The position numbers and the translations under genes are program-made. The notes under the pieces were generated by a model. It saw only the letters and a list, made by a program, of their open reading frames with translations, searched no databases and was not told the origin of the DNA. Below are positions 14,503-20,000 of a DNA stretch of 20,000 nt, one piece after another (positions within the stretch are counted from its first letter, which is position 1; every line of letters begins with the position of its first letter). Source of the stretch: an uncultured virus (IMG/VR IMGVR_UViG_3300020048_000118) (Duplodnaviria > Heunggongvirae > Uroviricota > Caudoviricetes > Crassvirales); IMG/VR virus record IMGVR_UViG_3300020048_000118, one strand, 5' to 3'.

Positions 14503-14916
14503 ATGAACACAATGACAACACAAGACGGATTTACATGGTACGTTCTGCAACCCAAGGTTGCCAAGTACCTACACGAGGCCAACTACGAGGTCTATGAACT
14601 ACACGACGACGAGAGCGAGTCTCTTTGCATCGATGGTCGTAAAATTAAGGATGATAGTGGCGTAAGATACGGCATCGAGTCACCACTAGACAAGCAAATA
14701 GTTCACGCACTATGCGGAGCGGAACTGGTTCATGTATACGAGATAGTCAGAGACTTCGAGGTATGCTACGAGATTATCTTTGAGAAAAGAAGGGGTGACC
14801 TTGTATTCTTCTCTCCCCTTGCTAAGCCAAAGGCAGTCATCGACAACTTACGTGGATGTAACGCAGTAACATTCATCAGCCCAGAAGACTTCTTAAGAAT
14901 TTTAAGACATGGTTGA
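14503..14916 (+). CDS. Hypothetical protein, about 137 aa
   Basis: Frame from the ORF track; start chosen at AAACGAT-ATG. YEVYELHDDESESL motif. Confidence 0.75.
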   Translation: MNTMTTQDGFTWYVLQPKVAKYLHEANYEVYELHDDESESLCIDGRKIKDDSGVRYGIESPLDKQIVHALCGAELVHVYEIVRDFEVCYEIIFEKRRGDLVFFSPLAKPKAVIDNLRGCNAVTFISPEDFLRILRHG

Positions 14917-15070
14917 ATTTAAGATTATATACCAAGACGAGGATGGTAACGACCTATTCACTAGGAGCCTTTACTTCCCAGACAAGGAGCATGCACGCGA
15001 GCACGCCAACAAGACGATTGAGAAGCCAAACTCAAAGGCATCTCAATACGAAATACTAGAGTTGGGTTAG
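14909..15070 (+). CDS. 53-aa hypothetical protein (MVEFKIIYQDEDGNDLFTRSLYFPDKEHAREHANKTIEKPNSKASQYEILELG)
   Basis: Translated by hand. Overlaps the previous stop. Confidence 0.75.
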   Translation: MVEFKIIYQDEDGNDLFTRSLYFPDKEHAREHANKTIEKPNSKASQYEILELG

Positions 15071-15248
15071 TCCCCAACCTAGTACAACACCTACACGAGT
15101 CCCGTGTACTAAGCCAAGTCGGATCGCTTGGGGTTAGGGACACCATCTCTACGAGATTGTGCCACGTTCTTTGACATATTGGAAAAGTAATTTGGCAGTC
15201 GAATGACTGACCACTATGTACGCACACTTCATTGTGATGCGGTGAACA

Positions 15249-15284
15249 GCACGGGACAGGGTTCGAAGCCCGTCCCGTGCACAA
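15249..15284 (+). ncRNA. tRNA-like minihelix
   Basis: GCACGGGAC-A-GGG-TTCGAAG-CCC-GTCCCGTGC-A-CAA: a 12-bp helix capped by a T-loop, followed by N-CAA. Confidence 0.65.
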
Positions 15285-15343
15285 AGGCTAGCCAGCACTA
15301 GCCCTCAACGAAAGGTTGTGAAATATTGTTGTGTTTTGTTGTA

Positions 15344-15372
15344 AAAGAGCGATTGCTGGGTCGCTCTTTAAT
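15344..15372 (+). terminator. Terminator- or attenuator-like hairpin
   Basis: AAAGAGCGA-TTGCTGGG-TCGCTCTTT-AAT. The U-tract is short. Confidence 0.45.
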
Positions 15373-15382
15373 TAAAAGAAAT

Positions 15383-15619
15383 ATGGAATTCAAAGATATA
15401 CTAATCGAAGCCTTCCCATCAATCGTGATAGTGGAAGAGCCATGCATCATGGCCTACGCTGAATGCTTTAGCGTTACATCTAAGGGCAAAGACTCCAAGG
15501 GATTCCCACTGATATCAATCAGCGTGGGTAACTCAGAGGAGTTTGAGGACTTTTTATTTGAACACGGATACTTCTCCGAGTTCATCTCTGAAATTGAACT
15601 AGCAATTTGTAAAGAATGA
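15383..15619 (+). CDS. Acidic hypothetical protein, 78 aa (MEFKDILIEAF...)
   Basis: Start moved to the ATG after the hairpin and A-rich leader. Confidence 0.75.
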   Translation: MEFKDILIEAFPSIVIVEEPCIMAYAECFSVTSKGKDSKGFPLISISVGNSEEFEDFLFEHGYFSEFISEIELAICKE

Positions 15620-16047
15620 TATACTACGCAACCAACTCAGCAGAGGCTCGAAGCCTTCTCGCTCAAATTCATGGCACCCAGTCAGACATCCTAACACTGC
15701 ACACATGTGCATGCGGTGACGGACATGCCATCTCAGACTCAATAGACGAGACCCACAAGGTGGTCATCTGTCAGACATGCAAGCCCAAGAAGGGGAACAT
15801 CGTAAAACTACTCGACAACTTATCTGACGATGGCTTTGCGTATGACTTCTGCTTCGGACTGGTCATGCCGATGCCCAATGAGTACAAGTGGGTAGAGGGA
15901 ACAACCAAGCACACGACCAAGGAAAGGTTAAAAGAAGACACGGCAAGGTACATCATGGCCAAATCCGAGATGCTGGCATGGGACAACATGTACCTAGTTC
16001 TATTAGTAGACGGGAATGACATCACCTTAAACATCGCGGAGAAATGA
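15616..16047 (+). CDS. Hypothetical protein with CxC...CxxC putative Zn site, 143 aa
   Basis: HTCACG...VICQTC. ATGA-coupled on both sides. Confidence 0.75.
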   Translation: MIYYATNSAEARSLLAQIHGTQSDILTLHTCACGDGHAISDSIDETHKVVICQTCKPKKGNIVKLLDNLSDDGFAYDFCFGLVMPMPNEYKWVEGTTKHTTKERLKEDTARYIMAKSEMLAWDNMYLVLLVDGNDITLNIAEK

Positions 16048-16247
16048 AGACACGCTTGTTGAAGAAATTAAAGAAACGATACGTGTACGCATGGATAGGT
16101 GATAAGCTTATCGCATGGGACAAGAAGAAGGACGAGGAGGTTACACGATATCAGTGCACGACTTACTGGCTCATACGCACTGCGTGTGGCCTTGGAGTCG
16201 GACAGAAATACTTAAATAGAATTATATGGAAAGCATCACAACGATAG
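16044..16247 (+). CDS. Basic hypothetical protein, 67 aa
   Basis: MKTRLLKKLKKRY start; ATGA-coupled. Confidence 0.75.
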   Translation: MKTRLLKKLKKRYVYAWIGDKLIAWDKKKDEEVTRYQCTTYWLIRTACGLGVGQKYLNRIIWKASQR

Positions 16248-16396
16248 TACTAATCATTTTAGCGTCGATGCCACACCCGAGCGGTGGGTACAGGTACGCA
16301 TGCAAGGACACCACAGGAAAGACCTACAGCCTGATGATGTTGGAAGAGAAAAATGTAGGGGACACAGTAAAAATAAACCAATGCTCAACGCACTAA
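16226..16396 (+). CDS. 56-aa hypothetical protein (MESITTIVLIILASMPHPSGGYRYACKDTTGKTYSLMMLEEKNVGDTVKINQCSTH)
   Basis: Translated by hand. Fills the gap with short overlaps. Confidence 0.6.
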   Translation: MESITTIVLIILASMPHPSGGYRYACKDTTGKTYSLMMLEEKNVGDTVKINQCSTH

Positions 16397-16545
16397 TCAC
16401 AGCACTAATTGTAATCATCGGCCTTTTCTTTGTAGCATGGGCGATCTACTCACCAATGTCAATCGTTCTAATCCTCGGAGTACTGGGAGGCATTGGATTC
16501 GTTCGTTTCACCTACCTTACAGTAAAATACTACAGAGCACGATGA
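16381..16545 (+). CDS. 54-aa two-TM membrane protein (MLNALITALIVIIGLFF...)
   Basis: Hydrophobic part of ORF-track entry 16300..16545; start placed at 16381. Confidence 0.7.
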   Translation: MLNALITALIVIIGLFFVAWAIYSPMSIVLILGVLGGIGFVRFTYLTVKYYRAR

Positions 16546-16757
16546 GACAGGCAAAAAGATACGCATGGGTACTATCGAATGTAGACGGAATCGTCTGCGC
16601 ATTCGACTCAGAGCCTTCTGAGGCAGACCTGTCATACACACTTGACATTTACCACGAAGAAGAGGGCAAGTTCGCAATGACACACCCAGATACATACACT
16701 TGGACAAGCGATCACCAGTCCGTAGAATACACACTAATTAAAACAGACTTACTATGA
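16542..16757 (+). CDS. Hypothetical protein, 71 aa (MRQAKRYAWVLS...)
   Basis: ATGA-coupled on both sides. Confidence 0.75.
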   Translation: MRQAKRYAWVLSNVDGIVCAFDSEPSEADLSYTLDIYHEEEGKFAMTHPDTYTWTSDHQSVEYTLIKTDLL

Positions 16758-16930
16758 CAAACAATAAACAACAGACGGCAGTGGAGTGGTTCAGTTTATT
16801 ATTATCCATCATTTGCTTTTTAATTTTTGCGTATGAGATGGAGAACGACAGAGATTTTTACACATGGCTTTGGTTATTTAATGCCATGATTTTTTATACA
16901 AACTATCTAAAATTTAATTGGAACAAATGA
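16754..16930 (+). CDS. Cassette gene 1, 58 aa, membrane (MTNNKQQTAVEWFSLLLSIICFLIFAY...)
   Basis: Translated by hand. ATGA-coupled on both sides. Confidence 0.8.
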   Translation: MTNNKQQTAVEWFSLLLSIICFLIFAYEMENDRDFYTWLWLFNAMIFYTNYLKFNWNK

Positions 16931-17100
16931 CAAACATACAAAAAACTGGACTAAAAGAGCATATTGAATGGCTCAAAAAACAATACCAAGAAAGTATCAA
17001 TAATGGTTATAGCCAAAGTGTAATTACTGCTTTCCGATTGTCCATAAAACACGCTAAATTAATGCTTGAGAACGAAACCTACGGAGGAGGTGAGCAATGA
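16927..17100 (+). CDS. Cassette gene 2, 57 aa (MTNIQKT...ENETYGGGEQ)
   Basis: Frame from the ORF track; start at the ATGA overlap. Confidence 0.8.
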   Translation: MTNIQKTGLKEHIEWLKKQYQESINNGYSQSVITAFRLSIKHAKLMLENETYGGGEQ

Positions 17101-17327
17101 CAAACAATAAAAAACAAACTCCAGTGAAATTAATCATTGAAGCCTTGGACATTGAATGCAAATCAAGAGGTATGAATGTAAATTGGGATATGTATTTAGA
17201 AATGGAGAAGCAGGAGATGATTGAATTTGCTAATGATTTATTGGCACAAAATGACACCAATTATACTGGAGTGCCGAATTTAGCAGAACAATACTACGAA
17301 CAAACCTACGGAGGAGGTAACAAATGA
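17097..17327 (+). CDS. Cassette gene 3, 76 aa (MTNNKKQT...EMEKQE...AEQYYEQTYGGGNK)
   Basis: In the ORF track; carries the family motifs. Confidence 0.85.
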   Translation: MTNNKKQTPVKLIIEALDIECKSRGMNVNWDMYLEMEKQEMIEFANDLLAQNDTNYTGVPNLAEQYYEQTYGGGNK

Positions 17328-17527
17328 TAATAACTATTAACAGAACTAACGAAGAAAGACAAACTGCAATTGTAACAATTGACACAAAGTCTTGTAATTA
17401 TACTTATGCTATTAGAGAAGCACTTGAATTAGCATTAAAACTTGATGGATATAGTAATGATACTATTGATGAAGTTTTTGAGAGAAACCAAGATTGCAAA
17501 AAGGAGGCGAGCAATGACAAACAATAA
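17324..17527 (+). CDS. Cassette gene 4, 67 aa, unrelated interior
   Basis: In the ORF track. Reads through the junction repeat in another frame (...EASNDKQ). Confidence 0.75.
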   Translation: MIITINRTNEERQTAIVTIDTKSCNYTYAIREALELALKLDGYSNDTIDEVFERNQDCKKEASNDKQ

Positions 17528-17705
17528 ACAACAACCAAACGCATACTTAATATTCTTTTTATCATTGATATTTATATATTTAATGGTATCATTTGGAGTA
17601 TGGGATTTCAACCCATCTCATTGGGATAAAGCATTAAGAATGACATTTGCATTTGTTGCACCTATAATGGCTATGATGTGTGTAGCATTTACCAAAATAA
17701 ATTGA
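17514..17705 (+). CDS. Cassette gene 5, 63 aa, two-TM (MTNNKQQPNAYLIFF...WDFNPSHW...)
   Basis: Start placed at the repeat ATG 17514. Confidence 0.8.
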   Translation: MTNNKQQPNAYLIFFLSLIFIYLMVSFGVWDFNPSHWDKALRMTFAFVAPIMAMMCVAFTKIN

Positions 17706-17711
17706 TATAAA

Positions 17712-18035
17712 ATGACAAACAATAAACAACAAACGGAGATTAATGCAGTTGAGTACCTTGATAAGGTTAATCAATTTGCAAAGGAAAACAACACGGGTAA
17801 GCCAAAACAACAAACTGCAATTGAGTGGTTGGAACAAGAAATGTTAAAACCAAATTTAAGTATGAAAGAAATACTTGAACAAGCCAAAGAAATGGAGAAG
17901 CAAATGACAATAAAACTTTACGCTGATTATGAAAATTATTTAGAAGAAGCATTCAAAAACCAATGCGGTGGTCAAGCGGTGATATTGTCATTTCAAGAAT
18001 TTTACGAACAAACCTACGGAGGAGGTGAGCAATGA
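17712..18035 (+). CDS. Cassette gene 6, 107 aa (two KQQT motifs, AKEMEKQ, YEQTYGGGEQ)
   Basis: In the ORF track. Confidence 0.85.
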   Translation: MTNNKQQTEINAVEYLDKVNQFAKENNTGKPKQQTAIEWLEQEMLKPNLSMKEILEQAKEMEKQMTIKLYADYENYLEEAFKNQCGGQAVILSFQEFYEQTYGGGEQ

Positions 18036-18412
18036 GCCTTGACTTAAACAAACTTGAAAACAAACTTGACGAAGCATTAATTAAGGAAACAACTGAAACA
18101 CTAACTAAATTTTTAAACGATAAAAGAATGACAAACAATGAACAACAAACAACACTGCAAATTTTAATCAATGGACTTATTGATAGAAAGAAAAACATAA
18201 TTGAAAATGCAGACAGTATGCCTAATGATATGCTTGAAGGCGGTGTTATGGCATTTGAAAGTGCTATTGACTTAGCGCAATCTTTGCTTCAAATGGAGAA
18301 GGAAAGAATTATTGATGCTCATTATGAAGGGCAATGCAATCAAACTGAAGGGTATCCTTTACAAATAGCAGAACAATACTATAACGAAACATACGGAGAT
18401 GACAAACAATAA
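18032..18412 (+). CDS. Cassette gene 7, 126 aa (32-aa leader fused to an internal MTNNEQQT unit)
   Basis: In the ORF track. Internal repeat at 18128. Confidence 0.85.
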   Translation: MSLDLNKLENKLDEALIKETTETLTKFLNDKRMTNNEQQTTLQILINGLIDRKKNIIENADSMPNDMLEGGVMAFESAIDLAQSLLQMEKERIIDAHYEGQCNQTEGYPLQIAEQYYNETYGDDKQ

Positions 18413-18743
18413 ACAACAAACGGCAGTGGAGTGGTACATTGAAGAACTTGAATACAAGGGAGATTTGCGAGAAACTCCATCGATAAGAAACATTCAATTA
18501 AACATTGATACATCTGATTATATGGAATTGAAAGTACAAGCAAAAGAAATGTACCAGAACGAAATAGATCAATCTTATCGCGATGGTTTTGAATTTGCTT
18601 TAATTAATGAATGCGCCAAAGAATCTACCAGCGCGGCTAGTTCCTATTCTGACGGCTACAAACAAGGTTATAACCGAGCTATTGAATTAACAAAATGGGC
18701 AATATCAAACTTAATACCACCACACAATGAGACGCTTACTTGA
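18399..18743 (+). CDS. Cassette gene 8, 114 aa (MTNNKQQTAVEW...AKEM...YSDGYKQGYNRA)
   Basis: In the ORF track. Confidence 0.85.
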   Translation: MTNNKQQTAVEWYIEELEYKGDLRETPSIRNIQLNIDTSDYMELKVQAKEMYQNEIDQSYRDGFEFALINECAKESTSAASSYSDGYKQGYNRAIELTKWAISNLIPPHNETLT

Positions 18744-18909
18744 GATACTGGCAATAGCACTAACGCTGTTGACCGCCCTTGGAATGGTTGCATTCTGCAT
18801 CTACAACCCAGTCGCTTGCATGGTCATCACGCTGACCGTCAGCGGATGCCTTTTAACTTACTCAGCAGTACAAGTAATTAAATACAAAATCAATGAGCAA
18901 AATAATTAA
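18727..18909 (+). CDS. 60-aa two-TM membrane protein
   Basis: In the ORF track; hydrophobic. Confidence 0.7.
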   Translation: MRRLLEILAIALTLLTALGMVAFCIYNPVACMVITLTVSGCLLTYSAVQVIKYKINEQNN

Positions 18910-19039
18910 TCTAATCAAGAACTTATTTAATATAGAGACGGAGGTGGCTGAGGCCACCCCGTATGAGTTTGAGTATGACCGCCCGATTGAAGGGTTTAAT
19001 GAATTTCACGACAACTTAAAGACATGGAGAAAGAATTAA
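18893..19039 (+). CDS. 48-aa hypothetical protein (MSKIINLIKNLFNIETEVAEATPYEFEYDRPIEGFNEFHDNLKTWRKN)
   Basis: Translated by hand. Fills the gap. Confidence 0.7.
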   Translation: MSKIINLIKNLFNIETEVAEATPYEFEYDRPIEGFNEFHDNLKTWRKN

Positions 19040-19476
19040 TCAAATACTTTAACGATCGCCCGTACAATAACTTTGCAGGCAATGACGTGGCAAGCATCAT
19101 CAGTAAGATGTGTGAGCCCAAGCGAAAGAGCCTTGGCATGACATTTATGGGTACAGAGGACAGAAGAGAACTGATAGAGATCATTGAGGCAGTAGAGATC
19201 GTGACAGGCATGAACTTCGACGACTTTAATGTCAAGACCAGAACACAACAACACGTAGAGGCCCGCTTCCTGTTCATGCACTTTGTATACACAAGGATGA
19301 GACTCACGCTGAAGATGATCGGTGAGTTGATGGGAGGACGAGACCACTCAACTGTGATCCACGGGGTGCAGTTGGTGGCCGACTGGATTGCTAACAAGAA
19401 ATTTTACACAAGAGAAAACAAACTAATCGATGACATTACAAGAAATTTGGAACGAAGCGCTGAGACACAAGGATAA
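19024..19476 (+). CDS. Stand-alone DnaA C-terminal (domain IV) HTH protein, 150 aa
   Basis: KTRTQQHVEARFLFMHF...LTLKMIGELMGGRDHSTVIHG matches the DnaA signature R...AR...MY...SL..IG..FGGRDHTTVIHA. No AAA+ domain. Confidence 0.85.
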   Translation: MEKELIKYFNDRPYNNFAGNDVASIISKMCEPKRKSLGMTFMGTEDRRELIEIIEAVEIVTGMNFDDFNVKTRTQQHVEARFLFMHFVYTRMRLTLKMIGELMGGRDHSTVIHGVQLVADWIANKKFYTRENKLIDDITRNLERSAETQG

Positions 19477-19861
19477 TTCCTTCTTCATCGGCAACGACTC
19501 ACTATTCACGATCCAGAACGGATGCAAGATAGAGAGATTTAATAACGGAAAGATCATCATCAAGAACACTAGGCTGGGAGGAGACTTCTACAAGAAGCTG
19601 AAGGACTCAGAGTACGCGGTCTTCGAGGCCGACGGATGGATCATGGGAACCAAGTTTGTAGAACTACAGACCTACAAGTACCAGATCGATGCGTTGAACA
19701 GGATCATCCAGAACAGACTATCTGCCGGACAGGACCCGACAAAGTATCAAGAACAGAGAACTAACATACTAAAGAAGACATATGAAAACCCCTATTCAAA
19801 AACTATTACAGCAGGTGGAGGCCAGGATCTCCTTCCACTCGCAGGCACAGACACTCAGTAA
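19430..19861 (+). CDS. Hypothetical protein, 143 aa
   Basis: In the ORF track. Codon usage matches the neighbouring genes. Confidence 0.7.
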   Translation: MTLQEIWNEALRHKDNSFFIGNDSLFTIQNGCKIERFNNGKIIIKNTRLGGDFYKKLKDSEYAVFEADGWIMGTKFVELQTYKYQIDALNRIIQNRLSAGQDPTKYQEQRTNILKKTYENPYSKTITAGGGQDLLPLAGTDTQ

Positions 19862-20000
19862 CGACTCAAGCTTTCACATGGGAGCACTGCAGGAGGCTGT
19901 CAGCCTTAAGGAACAGTTATTGCAATCTCTTGCGGATGAAAAGAAATGTATTGTTCAAGCGTGCACTGACGGGATGTATGAGCCTTGGATCGCCGGCGGC
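19782..20000 (+). CDS. Hypothetical protein, truncated at the right edge (MKTPIQKLL...DEKKCIVQACTDG...)
   Basis: Translated by hand; open to the window end. Distantly resembles the KT...EK..I..A..(D/E)G pattern of the cassette family. Confidence 0.65.
   Translation, partial: MKTPIQKLLQQVEARISFHSQAQTLSNDSSFHMGALQEAVSLKEQLLQSLADEKKCIVQACTDGMYEPWIAGG

Larger units (their letters stand above)
15061..15372 (+). ncRNA. Hairpin-dense intergenic RNA of unknown class, with a boxA-like motif and a tRNA minihelix
   Basis: About 310-nt gap with many short stems, e.g. TACACG/CGTGTA, CCAAG/CTTGG, ATCTC/GAGAT, CAGTC/GACTG, GGCTAG/CTAGCC, AAAGAGCGA/TCGCTCTTT. Confidence 0.5.
16754..18743 (+). repeat. Array of cassette genes with conserved junction repeats
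   Basis: ATGACAAACAAT(A/G)AA(C/A)AACA at 16754, 17097, 17514, 17712, 18128 and 18399, with a variant at 16927. AAACCTACGGAGGAGGT at 17075, 17302 and 18010. Confidence 0.9.

Noticed and set aside
13701..15284. Bona fide tRNA or tmRNA genes
   Set aside because: No D or anticodon arms, no tmRNA 5' end or tag ORF, and the 3' ends read CAA. Kept only as mimics.
15061..15320. Pistol, twister or HDV/theta ribozyme
   Set aside because: Fragments such as GGTTAGGG and GCCACGTT are reminiscent, but I could not build the required pseudoknots or cores by eye.
16754..18435. CRISPR array
   Set aside because: The repeats are coding, non-palindromic and irregularly spaced about 170-420 nt apart. No cas genes are present.
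1..20000. Stop-codon recoding
   Set aside because: The long genes are intact in the standard code, and TAA, TGA and TAG all end genes at plausible boundaries.

Overview
This window is part of a tailed dsDNA phage genome. The host is probably in Bacteroidota, inferred from the TAnnTTTG promoters and the general lack of Shine-Dalgarno motifs. There are two divergent arms. The minus strand (about 1-11340) carries late functions: three fibre-like proteins, a head-spike-base-like protein, a holin candidate, many small basic proteins, phage GroEL and GroES, and an L,D-transpeptidase-like endolysin. One wHTH gene lies on the opposite strand. A non-coding switch region (about 10710-11850) contains iteron/DnaA-box-like repeats and a GC-rich segment. 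The plus strand (11850-20000) carries small early genes. The most notable observations are: (1) two type I hammerhead ribozymes with identical stem I that bracket one ORF and could release a 281-nt RNA able to circularise; (2) two tRNA-minihelix mimics between early genes; (3) a 2-kb array of translationally coupled 'MTNNKQQ...YGGG' cassette genes with conserved DNA junctions and variable interiors; (4) eight late genes whose ATG lies 4-5 nt after a TAnnTTTG box, suggesting leaderless mRNAs. All family assignments come from recognising motifs by eye; no database search was run.
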